DNA of 63,921 nucleotides, filler included, from Mitosporidium daphniae (taxonomy: Eukaryota): assembly GCF_000760515.2 (NCBI RefSeq). It is 6 parts of 6 records of this genome, joined end to end, with 100 filler letters (N's around TTAATTAATTAA, not from the genome) between each part and the next. Parts side by side here need not be neighbours in the genome. Positions count along the whole stretch, not along the records: positions 36,994 to 48,689 come from NW_013546694.1; positions 48,790 to 60,462 come from NW_013546693.1; 4 more parts are not named here. One strand, 5' to 3'. The notes under the pieces were generated by a model. That model had not been told where the DNA came from. It saw only the letters and a program-made list of their open reading frames with translations, and ran no database searches. Of this stretch, positions 46,383 through 58,637 are shown piece after piece; the first letter of the stretch is position 1, and the number at the start of each line of letters is the position of its first letter. The translations under genes were made by a program, and so were the position numbers.

Positions 46383-47673
46383 TCATTGAGCAGGCGTAGT
46401 GCTGGATGTCTGTCCTTGCAGCTTGACCATATAATCGCGCACAAAGATGCTTGCTTTGAGCAATCTTCTGGATGAGAACTTTTTGAATACGGTTTCATGG
46501 GCGAGGGGCCTTTGGAAAAATGAAATATAGCTTTTAGCACAAGGCATTAGTTGTGGCTCTGAATATCCCGAGAAAAATGACATTCTTTGGTTCTAGCAAA
46601 CGAATAAAAAGTCAAAGAATACCCAGTCCGTCTTTGGAAAGATCATTTTTCTTGCCAAATACATTGCTGACGCCGCCAATATAGAAGGGGGGTATGAGAG
46701 AAACGAATGCTCAAGCAAGGACGATTCTAAAAAATACTTTGCCAAAGTTCTCGTTTGAATATCATAATTGTCCCCCTAAAAGATTAGCAAGCCGATTTGG
46801 AAACTTTGGAGATCCTTCGAAGAAACATGTATGGATTGGGATAGGAAAGGTTGAATTGGAGCGAGTTGAGCATGTACACTTCGGCCTTCAGTATTTCCTG
46901 ATCGTCAAAAGTATTATCGGAAAGATAAACAAAATTTGAAATCGAGGGTGAAAGAATCTCTTCATATTTTGAGGCTATCAGGGTTGCCGTAATCCCCACC
47001 AGCTGCAACTTTGTCACCGACACCGTTCTTATGGACAAGAATCGATCTGTCAGGTAGACGGCCAGGAAAAGCGTCTCGGGAAGCAATTTGAGCTTCATGT
47101 TGATTTCAACGAGCCAGTCAACCAGGACCGATCGCATTGCCCATGTTACTTCTGTTTGGAATGAAATGTAATTGGGATCCGGCATGTTTTTAATCTACAA
47201 AATAAGCCGATTGATGGGATCGAACCTCAATTGATTTTAGATAGCGATATATTTCGGAGACATACTCCGGCGCCATGGTAGGGTCGCCAGCGTCGTCGGC
47301 GTCATACTCATCGATTTGAGCATTTTGAGGACTTTCACAAACCGAAAAAGGAACGGTTATCGATGGTCTTTCGTAAAAGTTATTCTAAACGAGTAAGAAA
47401 ACGGCATTAAATGTGATGAAGGCGGAATAAATCTACAAATTAAAATGCACTTACAATTTTAGATCTCCTAGACTGATTGTTGGAAAGATCTGAAAGAACC
47501 GAACGTTCTGTAGAGGTGGCGTTCTTTTCTAAAAACGAAGAAGATGCACCGTTCGGATTGCTGGTTGGAGCTACCGGTGCAAGGGAGCTCTTGGAGGAAT
47601 CCGTATTGGAGGGATAATCATTTTCGATATTTGCAATTGACTTTGTGGATTGTGTTCTCGTAAGAGGGGGCAT
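46383..47673 (-). CDS. B-type (G2/M) cyclin, multi-intron
   Basis: D-box RSVLSDLSN; DPTMAPEYVSEIY; MRSVLVDWL, ETLFLAVYLTDRFLS, KLQLVGIT..LIASKYEE, FLRRISK. Confidence 0.92.
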
Positions 47674-47946
47674 TATTTAAATTTTTACTAAAAACCCGAA
47701 ATATGCAGAATTGAAAATCGTACAACACAGAAATCAACTACAATAAAAATTTGATGGTCTACTGAGCAAGCCCAAATTGCTACGAGACACGCAAACAATT
47801 AAAAATTAACTTTAAAATCATATCTATGGTCACCGAACAAGCTTGCGCGCACCATATTAACGCTACCTAACCAACATTGCCACCACAGCACAAATTGGAT
47901 TTCGCTGAATTTATTGGGCGTTAAATAAACAACAAGACTTTGATAT

Positions 47947-48328
47947 TTATTCCTCAATACTTTCAGTTTGCAGACCTAAAGAAAAAGCAAGTTGATATTG
48001 TACCTTTGAAGGAGGCAACAGGAACATATGTTACTTGAGTGTACAGCTTCTCAGTAGCCTTTTCATCATCATTGCGACGGCGGGCAAGGCGAACGCGGAC
48101 ACGATGGGGCACATTACGAATGCCTTTCTCCCAAAGAGCTTTGTTTAGCTTGGGATCAAGGCGCACGTCTTTCGTGCCCATGTGCTTCACAGCAAAGGCC
48201 TTCACTGCTTTTATGGCGGTTGGCGCGCGCTTCTTGAAGCTTTGTCCATGGACGTGTTTGTGCAGATGTATGGTATATTCACGAGTTACCGTTTCGGAAA
48301 GTGCGGAAACTGGGGTCTTGTTGGCCAT
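47947..48328 (-). CDS. RPL31: 60S ribosomal protein L31 (eL31); intron 47976-48003; probable 5'UTR intron from 48460
   Basis: [40 protein letters not shown]; spliced end [12 protein letters not shown]. Confidence 0.96.
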
Positions 48329-48789
48329 CCCTATTCTGTAAGAATCTGAAAAACAAGAAGACTAAAGCAAAGCATGATTTTTCTTGCGCCTGCAGGGGCA
48401 ACAAAGAATGGATGTAATATGGCATAAGGACAGAGGGATAGGCGAGAAATCAAATCCTACCTGAATAAGAATTAAATTTAAAATTTAAGACTTTAATTTT
48501 TAATGTCCCAAAATGAGTTCCTTTCTTTCTTTCATGATGATGTTGAAAGAGGCTAGTGTTTCCAATACCCTTGAGGCAAAGTCTTTTTCTAGCTCAAGAG
48601 GATTGAGAATCCCCACCGCTTTGTTTCCGTTTTTCAGAGACAGGCCGTTATCTACAATTACCGCCCTCGTCATTACCTAAAATAATCTCNNNNNNNNNNN
48701 NNNNNNNNNNNNNNNNNNNNNNNNNNNNNNNNNTTAATTAATTAANNNNNNNNNNNNNNNNNNNNNNNNNNNNNNNNNNNNNNNNNNNN

Positions 48790-49407
48790 GTCGACGCTTT
48801 TGCACGACATCTCTTCATTGACTGGAAAACTCCGGTACATTTTTTTGAATGGTCAGGAGATCAACAAACAGGTTGGCAAGTGTACAATGCCTTATGCGAT
48901 TGTAGATTATTTCGTTGAAAGCCAGAATTGAGGAGATCAATTCGGTGGAAAGTTATATTGAAAAAGCGTCGACATCTTTTGTCGAAAAGTTCTCCACCTT
49001 TGAGGCAATTGTGAACAAGAACAGCGAATCCTACAACAAGTACAAGAAAGAAGTAGACCAGGTATGTTCGATCTTTTATTGTGTAGATGAATATTCAGGT
49101 AAGTCTAATGCAATCAGAACGCCAAAGCCTCAATGAGACTTGCGAAAAGCTTTGCAATGAATATGAACAATGCCTGCAAGAGCGCAAGTTAAAAAGGCTG
49201 GAATTCGATGAAAAATCCAAAACAATGCTTTCTTTGGTTGATTATCAGGCTACCAGAAATGGCTCAATAGAGAAGGCGACATTAAAAAAGAAGCAAATGG
49301 AAAATTTGTGCTACACACTGCAAGCCCAAAGAAACAATGCCACCAACCTGCTCAGAAAATATAAACACTGCATGGAGGTTGAGGATATCCAAAAATTGGG
49401 GCTTTAA
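48790..49407 (+). CDS. Taxilin-family coiled-coil protein (5' partial, 2 introns)
   Basis: EKFSTFEAIVNKNSESYNKYKKEVDQM and QMENLCYTLQAQRN resemble the taxilin consensus. Confidence 0.65.
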
Positions 49408-49494
49408 TAAATATTTACTGATTCGCCATTTTCTCACTTTAATTTAATTACACGTTGACTTTTTTTAAAAAAATTACAAGGTCTTGTGATCTGC

Positions 49495-50753
49495 ATGAAT
49501 AAGCCAACTTCATCGCCAGATGTGGATATGCACAGAAACAACCAACCTTTTATCCCTTTGCAATCCAAAATAGGTATTTCTTATGCTAAAATTAATATCA
49601 GACCGATTTATGGAGACCAAATATTCGTTGTTTTATGATATTCTCTCCCATGATGCCTCTTCAGATAACTCTGCCAATTCTATTTATGACAAGGTTCTTT
49701 TGCTAAAAAACACGTTGTCCCAAGCTGTTGATGAGCTTGAGCGCTTAGTCGAGGCAAAAGAAAATGGTAGCATATTTATTTTTTGACTTTAGCCAAAAAT
49801 CATGTAAAGGCATTAATTTCTTCCATTTCCGATTTGAAGCATGAATGTGCATTAAATTCAATTAAAACGCATCATTTGAAGGTATTCCCGAATCTTAATT
49901 GCTACTTGTAGAGCATCATTGAGCGAAAACGGATTTATCTCGATTCCATATCCAAATACATTGACAACAACCTTTTGCTCAAGTACACTTTCAAGGACGG
50001 AGAGGATAATACAAAGATGACCTTGGAGCTGTTTGATTTTGGAATGGAATCTATACGTCTTTTTGGCGACAAAAATAGGGTTTTCATGCGCTATTACCAA
50101 CTTTTTAACGGAATACTGGATTCCTTCCCTCTAATAATAGAGCTTTTCAACAATTATATCGACTCCGGAACACAATCTGTACCCATAGCATTTTGGGGTC
50201 TAATTTTTAGCTTAAATCTCTGGAGGTCATTTTGTCTGAACTTGAAATGAGGAATGTTTATTCCTTAAAGCAGTTCAACCAATTTCCAGATTTGATGTAC
50301 AAATTTGAAGAGAACCTTTCGGAAAATTCTTCCGAAAGCAAGCTGTACATTGAGCAGGTGCGATTGATGCGAGAAGGCGTGTTGGAGCTTAGGACCAACA
50401 TTGGGGAGTTGAAGAGGCAAAAAACCTATCTTCAAAAGGGGGTCAAGGAAATCAAGGAGGGCCTTACTCTTTTGAACCGTCATTTGGATGGAATCAGAGA
50501 GTTTAACGAAAATACGGACATACTCAAGTCAAAAGACGCAAAGCTAATCGAGGTGGTCTTATCAAAATCAGCCACTTTAGAAAAGCTGTTCATAAACCTG
50601 CACTCCCAAAGGAAGGAGGCTCTCTGCATGATTGAAAAATATAAGGATCGCATTGAGGAGTCCGATCTGGAAGCATTTCTGGATGTAGATGCCCACATTG
50701 CGCATACATTTAATGTCAGTGAGGTATTAGATGACCTTACAATTGGCGATTAA
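49495..50753 (+). CDS. Hypothetical coiled-coil protein (4 introns)
   Basis: Track ORFs join in frame through 26-32 nt GT-AG introns; AATAAA at the stop. Confidence 0.7.
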
Positions 50754-50761
50754 TAAATTAT

Positions 50762-53519
50762 TTATTCCATCGATCTCCACTTGTAGTATCCAGGGGATAC
50801 TCTAATTAAATACCCGGAGAGATTCAGCTGGTCCATCAAATCTCCACTTGCATTTGACCCGTCCATTGACGAAATGATTTGCTTTACATCTGATTCCGAG
50901 ATCAGTCCATCTGCATTTGCAGCTGCTTGGTTGCCAATTTTTTCCATGATGCTAAAATGAGGGAAGCACACGAGATACCTTTTAACAATTGCCTGCTTGC
51001 CTTGCTTTTTGGGCGCTTTACCCTTTTTTGTGTTTACAGGACGTGTTCTCAAATCGACAATCGAGGATACACTAGTTTGTTAAGGAATCCGCCTACTAAA
51101 TATCGATGACATCATCAATGTATTGGGGCCGTATTTCAGAGGATCTTTCAATCAGGGCTCTAGCCTCAATTGCTCTAATTAAGCTCAAGGTGAAGGAAGA
51201 GTGCGATTTTCCTATGCATTGAAGATCCTCCACGGAAAAGGTATCTATTCTCTCCATTAACATGGACTTTGTATGCTGAGTCCAACTATGCGAACACATA
51301 AAACTATGCTTACTTTGGTGCGAAATCCAGGGGAAAGCTAAACAGGTATTTTCTGATCAATGAAATCGGCACCAAGGGAAGATTTTGAGATTGGTAATAT
51401 TTGAGCCGCTCGACCAGATTCATTCCCGATCCAGAGATATCTAAAGACCTCTTTTTCTTGCTGCTTAATAGCGCAGCGTCATTTCCATGAAAACTGTAGT
51501 GTTCCTTTTTCAGACCATATTTAACGGAGGATACACACGATGATGAAGATGACACCAGATGGTCTGAGATGATGGACTCGACTTGGGCATTTGGCTGGTC
51601 ATTGACCAGAACAATAAGGTCAAATTCGTCAAGAAGCCCATGAGGCAATTTTGTATTTGAAACAAGGTCGACATCATAGCTATGTGATAACGTTGTAATA
51701 AAGCATACTTAAATTGCCCAAATTGGGGGACAATAGCAGCAACGCACGTGCCTCCAATGGGGCTCGAGACTATAGTTGCATCTGTAGAATAGCTCCAATA
51801 TTCGTATCGCCCCCTTTCAGATTGATTGCCCGATAGTTCAAAATACAGCTCCAAAAACGAAGAAAGCCTGGAAAACTTTTCGCAATCGTCAAAGCAATAT
51901 AGCCCAGCACCATCAAGATTCGTAATAAGGGATTCCAATGCATCGTTTTGACCTTTCAACGAATTACAAGACAAAGAGATCACTGAAGAAAATGGGTATA
52001 AAATGGTGGAGGTTTGTAAGATCAGCGAACTTTTTCCCGTACCATGAGATCCTATTAATAGTGTTCTGAGATGCTTCCTACAAAGGGATCCAGCAGATTT
52101 TATCAGAGAAGAAACCATGTTCAGAACCAAAGCACATTTAGGAATTTCATTCGAGCTGATCGTGGGAAAGCAGGATAAGATCAACATGTCAAATATGGAA
52201 ATTTGAGAGGTAAATGGAGAAAGCTCGTTTATTGAAAAGGAGGTTTCTTGACATATTGGCTTTATTTGCGAAAGAGATTGACCCAACATCCAGCACTTTG
52301 ATAAAGCTGTCTTTTGGTGTACAAGAAAGTCCATTGGAATCAAGGAGTTAAACACAAGCCCACACATTTGGACCACCATCCCAGGCGCCAGAATTGCAGC
52401 ATTTCCCACATGCGATGGGATGATGCAAAATACAGAGGCCACAGGATCTTCCGATATCGAGGCGAGCCTTAATGATAATAAACCGACCAAGTAGTTACCT
52501 TGCATAGTAATAGGAGAAAAGCCTGTTTTCAGGGCTTTTCCAGTCAATATACATCGAGTCCAGCGCTGTTTTGCAGGACGGCGTCTCGCACTTGGAAATG
52601 CTCTTCCAAGCGGACTTTATCGATTCAATTTGTGAAAAGAAGAGTGGATCAACATTTTTCCAACACGAACTTGTCAACTTGTCAACTTTTGATTCCGTTA
52701 ATAATTGGTAGATCTGGAATAACGATACGTGATAGATATCCTTGAAGAAAGATTTTCGCTGCTGGACTTTGCATTTTGGACACGAAAACATGCCCTCCAA
52801 AAGCACATGGTTTTCTCGGGAGCACAAATAGCTAATTTTGCCCAAAACGGATACCAGCCTTTGATTTACACTTTGGGTGTCATTATTTGGCAAGCAGGAA
52901 AGAGACGAGATTGGAAGAGTTGAAAGTGTAAAGTCGTCATTGGAAGAGATTCCCAGAATCTCTTGAAAAAATGAGCTTGATTCTGAAAAACATATCGAGA
53001 TCGGCTGGAGCTCTGCAGTTTCCACGCATCTAAGAAGCTCTGAAATAGAGGGATCAGCCAGCTTGAGCCAGTCGAGATACGAAACATGTTGGCTACAAAC
53101 AACGATGGAAACCACGATCGACAAGGCCTGTAGGATATACAAATAATTTCCGCAAAACGAATCGATGCTCAAGTCTGCCAACCTCCTCCATTTCATGCCA
53201 TCAACGTAAAGGATGCCATTGTTCCGTTTCAGTTGATTCTACCGAAATCAGATTAACACCATACCTTATCAATGTCATTAATCAAATCGGCAGCCACCTT
53301 GTGGATCCACATATCAAGCAGCGCAAGAAAATCCGGGTCGGACTGAACGGTCTCCGTCAGGAAATTTACGCTGGAATACAGTGCGATCCATGGCAAGTTT
53401 TTCTCATCCGCCAGGTTTGAGCCTTTTTTTAGTGCATTTGGGACATGGTCATATAGCTTGGTAACGGGGTCTTGGGACGCAAACACATATGATGGAACAT
53501 TGCCCTTCTTGAACGACAT
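50762..53519 (-). CDS. Divergent MCM8-like protein, multi-intron
   Basis: Zn-finger CPKC/CETPSC, Walker A GSHGTGKS, SLIRKYL, SLIRAIEARA, C-terminal MDQLNLSGYLIRVSPGYYK like the MCM8 winged helix; start codon uncertain. Confidence 0.7.
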
Positions 53520-53720
53520 CCTGGTGACCCAAGTAATACAAATAAACTGACGCACTAAAGTGGATGTTTGAGTTTGGATTTGGAATTTCCAACCCAATTT
53601 TATTCGTAAACTTTTGTGCAAGGCAACATCTTTTCCAGGATCCATCATGACGCACGGGCTTTTACGTGGGATTGATCAAACCATCACTTATTCGGTCTTT
53701 TTGGCGATGATAGCCTGGAA

Positions 53721-54679
53721 CTAGGTGGCGTTATTGGTGATAGCTGACCCTGCTCTATTGTTTTGCTCGTGGGACATTGCCTCCAGTATTACCGAATCAA
53801 AATCTAGAAAATCGGGTGTCTCCAATACCACATACCTTCATAGTCTTCCCCTGGAAGTAAAATCGACTCCTATTTGGACATGAGAATGCTAAATCTTACA
53901 TCGGCCAAACTTTGTTCATTCTTTATGGGAATATACTCGTGCTGAATCGACATCATATTGACTTGATCCGAGGGAAATCTCATAGTCTGGATTGGCTTGC
54001 AAGGCACTGGAGCTTTGGTGGGATAGTTTGAATGGCTCCTTGAATTTTGAAGAGAACGAAGGAAAGACTTGTCATACATGCAATTCCCAAGCCGATTTCC
54101 AAAACACCGGAGGGCCCTTTTAGTGGCATCGGTTACTGCTTCTTTTCTAGCCTTGCGGTCAGTTTACAAGGTTACCTTTTCAAAGGCAGCCCCCTTGGAT
54201 TTTTGGNTTTCCGAGATTCCATATCCGATATCCTAGCGTCAAATAGACATGCCATACATCATGGAAGGTACCATCCGATAAATATATCCTAACGGTGCAG
54301 GAGATCCCAATGCAAACTCTCCCTGTGTGTTAATTCGAAAATAAAAGCACCTTGCGAGTCTTCGTCGACAAAATCGGTTGATATTTGCATTATTTCGGAG
54401 GACCATCCATTGAACCCAAATATTTCGTTTGCAATCGAAATTACTCTCCAGCCCTCAATGTAAGCCAGCTTAACTTTTAAATTACGCCGTGCCGTAATTA
54501 CCTCCTCCTATGCCTGGGCGCTGTGATATTTCTGACAATGTGAGCCCTTGGTCCAGCTTTTCTTGAAGCTCCTGCCTTTCGTGTTCCGTATATGCAGAGG
54601 AAATTGCCAGCGGCTTTAAGTAGGCGTTCCTCTTTCGAGTACAAGACGAGGGCGAGGGCGGAATTCTCCCCTCTCCCAT
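53721..54679 (-). CDS. RAD52: DNA repair/recombination protein Rad52 (6 introns)
   Basis: Spliced: [80 protein letters not shown]. Confidence 0.92.
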
Positions 54680-54715
54680 AAAATTAAACTTCAGAATATT
54701 TAGCCGATTTTTCTA

Positions 54716-55921
54716 ATGGCGGATTTTAATGAAATTTTGGCTTCCCATGACGGCCAGGACGAATTTTTGCACGTGCTATTTAGCAGCAATTTTGCGTCCG
54801 GCTTTTCGTCTGCCCTTGAAATTCACAAGTGCATGTACACTTTAGAATCAGAAGCTCTATTGGATTTGCTTGTAAAGCTGCTACATAAGCGCAAAGTGCT
54901 AGCGAAAACCAAACGCCCATATTTGCGGATAATATTTTGCCTTCTCCACAGGCTTGCTTCAACGGTGTCATTTGCTTTCAAGTTTGACGCAAATTTACTG
55001 CAAGCATCGTTGCTTGCACTTTTGGAAATACAAACAGAGGATTGCCTCTTTTTTGAGATCCTAACTCAATGTATCACGCTGATTGAGAAGCTTTGTAAGC
55101 ATGGGTGCCTTTTATTTGGCGATATCGACTGTTTTTTGATCGAATTTTGCTACAAAGTTTTGCAAAGATCGCCGCCAATCCAGAGGATCTTCCAAGTCAG
55201 ATCGCTGCTGAAGGTACTTTTGTGTGAAAATTCGGTATTAAAGCGCGACTTTTTATTTGGCGCAGACGTGTTGGCTAGAATCAAGCAAAGCTTCGAAGCT
55301 TCAAGCGAAAACTTGCTGCTTTCAATGTCGAAGCCATTTCTTTTTATAGCCGATGACGACGACGAGGACGACGATGGACCTGTTGCAAATGTTGTTCTTG
55401 ACCTGCACTTGCTTATTTTGAACATGAAAACATCTCAAGCCTTTTGTGAACAAATAATCCGCGAATGCTATGCCGCAAAAAACATATCGCCCATTCCAAA
55501 TGTGCTGCTCGAAGCATTGTCACATGTCGACGACAGCCTTTTAATGAGCTATTTGGAGCTGTTTATTGGCCAAATAAACACCATCCAGGGAGACCTGTTG
55601 TCGGACCTGATTGTTTATCTTTCATTTTTTGAATTCATAAATTTCGATGTCACCCTGGTTGTCGATTGGATCTCTTCTGGCCAGGTTGGACTGATATCGC
55701 TGATGCTTACATTTACAAAGAGATTTTTGCTTGGATTACATAGTGATGTGCCTAGCGGGCATATCGATCATCTAAAGAGTGTCCTCGATTTGCATTCAAG
55801 AATCTCAACCTGTGTATATACGATTACGAGTGCAAATCCCGAAGCAATCGCATTCAATATACGGCCTTTGCTTCATAAATTTGACGCTTTAAAACTTTGG
55901 TTTAAAAATAAAAGCTGCTAA
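54716..55921 (+). CDS. Protein Lines (LINS1)-like helical protein
   Basis: VDDSLLMSYL, FFEFINFDVTLVVDWISS..GLISLMLTFTK and AFNIRPLL resemble the Lines N/C motifs. Confidence 0.5.
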   Translation: MADFNEILASHDGQDEFLHVLFSSNFASGFSSALEIHKCMYTLESEALLDLLVKLLHKRKVLAKTKRPYLRIIFCLLHRLASTVSFAFKFDANLLQASLLALLEIQTEDCLFFEILTQCITLIEKLCKHGCLLFGDIDCFLIEFCYKVLQRSPPIQRIFQVRSLLKVLLCENSVLKRDFLFGADVLARIKQSFEASSENLLLSMSKPFLFIADDDDEDDDGPVANVVLDLHLLILNMKTSQAFCEQIIRECYAAKNISPIPNVLLEALSHVDDSLLMSYLELFIGQINTIQGDLLSDLIVYLSFFEFINFDVTLVVDWISSGQVGLISLMLTFTKRFLLGLHSDVPSGHIDHLKSVLDLHSRISTCVYTITSANPEAIAFNIRPLLHKFDALKLWFKNKSC

Positions 55922-56113
55922 ATTTTGCTTCACGCACAGGGGTATTTTAATATTTTATAGTTCCCTTTCTGATAGGAGACCATTGGATTTTTACGTGGAC
56001 TTTCAACTGATAGAGGGATATATTGGTGTCAATGCTCGCCCAAAATCGCCACCTGCACCGTTCGGTAGCGATTTCCGAGTATCGACTACAATGAGCATTA
56101 AAATCAAGCGTAT

Positions 56114-58522
56114 TTATTTTGGTCGGTGACCATCCATTAATGGATCATTGGTGTGTAACAGTTTGAATTCGTATCCCCCGGCCCCGTCGAATTTCAGGAT
56201 ATAGTCATGAAATTGATACAACGAAGGTCTATGGGACACCGTAAATAGAGTGATACCGATGGATTTAGCATGTTCGTACATTAGGCCCTCAACATCTACA
56301 CTGACGGCAGAAGTGCATTCATCCAGAATTGCAAACTGCGGTTTGTGATAAAACAATCTGGCCATGGCGATTCTCTGTTTCTCGCCGCCCGACAACACAT
56401 CTGCCCAGTCGTGCACTGCCAGCCATCCTTGGGGGTTTGACGGGTTCGACTCGTAGCTCGAAGAGGTGGAGGATTGTTGTTCCCTATCAACCAGATACTC
56501 CAAATGCACAATTTGCAGCAGCTGGTAAAGTTTTGAATCCGTGTAGCCCTTATCTAAAGACTCTTTAACGGTGTCTGGATAAATCACCTGATCCCTAAGC
56601 GTACCAAGGGTAAGATAGGGTTTTTGCGGAACGTAAAACATTCCCGAATTTGGAGGCTTGATTAGCGAGCCCCCATAAAGAGGCCACAGGTTTCCAAGGA
56701 TCCTGAAAAGAGAGCTTTTACCGCAACCATTTGGGCCTGTGACTATACAATTCATGCCTTTCTCAATTCGAAAGGATAAGTTTGGCACCTTGAGTTAAGC
56801 CACAGCTCTTACCAGAATATCACCGTTTGGCGTGACTATGGGGGCATCTTTAAACTCGATCACATCATCCTGCTCGTGGATGACACCGCGCTGAGTTAAA
56901 TCGAAAGCTTGGCGCTTTTCGGTGTGCTGGTTTTGGAGATCTTTGTTGACATCGATGGTTGATTTGCGATAGTTTCCTACAAAGATATGGAGTCCACAAA
57001 TACCACTTGAAACATCATCAAGAGTGTCGAATAGATCGGAAATTCGAGACTTGGAAGGGTTAGCAGGGTTGGGATGATACCGTATATCCGGCAAATTTGG
57101 TCAAATCTCTTCCGGCAAGCAAAAGACGCCCAATTGCTTGACTTAAGTTAACCATATAACTAGAATTTCTACTATATTCCTCCATTATGATGGTGGGGTC
57201 TGTATGATCGTCAGAGGATGCGCTCAACAGCGAGAAAACGGGTCTGCTGAGGAGCACATATGCCAGCATAGTTGCGAAATACTTTACAAACACAGAATCA
57301 ATGATGCCATTCAGAAATCTCAGGTTAAATTGCTTCCTTATGTGGTTGAGAATCTACCATTAAGCCAAATGCGGAACCACCTTCTTATAGACAGAATCCA
57401 CATATTCCTTTTCCTTTTCTTGGCCAGAATAGAATGCTATCTCTTCAGAATGCGTAATGACCCTTGAATGTGCATATCTGAATTGACCCTGTAGCTTCTG
57501 CTCTTGCGCGATATCTAAAAATCACCATTCAAGCAAATTACATTTCCCGAAAGGCGGCGAAATGGCCCGCAAAAACAGCCCCGATAGGCTGAAATAGCAG
57601 ATCATGAAAAAAGGAGCTACAAGGTTATACAAAGGAAACGCCCTAACCATCTCGTCCCCTAATGGATAAAACAGATACTGATAACGTACAATGCTTGACC
57701 TAGCTTATATGCAAACAGGGAAATATCTACAAGCGGCTTTGCAATATCTGAATACAGATGTGAAAGGTTCTCCGAAAATCGATCGATATCCTAAATGAGG
57801 AGCGCCATAAATTGTGAAGCGCGTACTTGCGTTAAAAGCTGGTCGGGATTTTGGATCCGCCCATCCAAATTGGAGAGTTTGTAGTACACCATATCTTCAA
57901 AATATTTTTCATGGGCATAGTTGGTGAGCCTTGTTCTAAAAGACAAGGCGAGCGAATTGATGTTCCGCTTCAAGCTGTTGTTTACGATCGACTATGTGCA
58001 TCAGAGAATCGGCAAATCCAAACCATCGGCCACATCATTACTCCAAACAGCAAAATGGCCTTTCTAATAAATAGCGGCTTATCCCGACTGACAACGGAAC
58101 GGACAACGGTTCCATTGAACGATGAAAACCAGATGTCTAACCATGTCCTGGCAACCAAAATGATTGTCAGCGAAATTAACAGCATCACCTCTCGGCTGTT
58201 CCATCCTATGCAAAATGGGGTGTAACCACGTACCTGGCACCAAAATTGGGGCCAATTTAGTGAGCTGCGAATAGAATCTGGAATTTACGCCAACCGTGTA
58301 CTGAAGCTGCTTTGAGGGATCCCCATATTCGTTCTCGGGCCCCAGATTTTTGGAGGCAAAGCAGCATTTAACCCCGCCAAGGGTGCTCCCCGCTCTTCTA
58401 GAGGCCCACCACAAAAGAACAAACGAAAGTGCCCCGGCCGATGAAAATGATAATAGAATGCGTCTATGGCGAGGATCGCGAAGATTGGTTAAAAGAATTG
58501 AGAGAAAATTATGCTCCTGCAT
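56114..58522 (-). CDS. Peroxisomal ABC half-transporter, ABCD (PMP70/Pxa) family, about 10 introns
   Basis: [74 protein letters not shown]. Confidence 0.94.
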
Positions 58523-58637
58523 GATCAAAAAAATAAACACCGGTTGATAAACCTAATTTTAACAAATTGCAAGAGTCAAATTGAGATAAAATTTAAAGCC
58601 GCTAGTGCGATTACATTTTTATTAAAACAGCGCGCAA

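Noticed and set aside
47385..47454. Possible 18-nt intron in the cyclin B gene
   Set aside because: A single 70-nt intron explains the frame equally well; undecidable without RNA data
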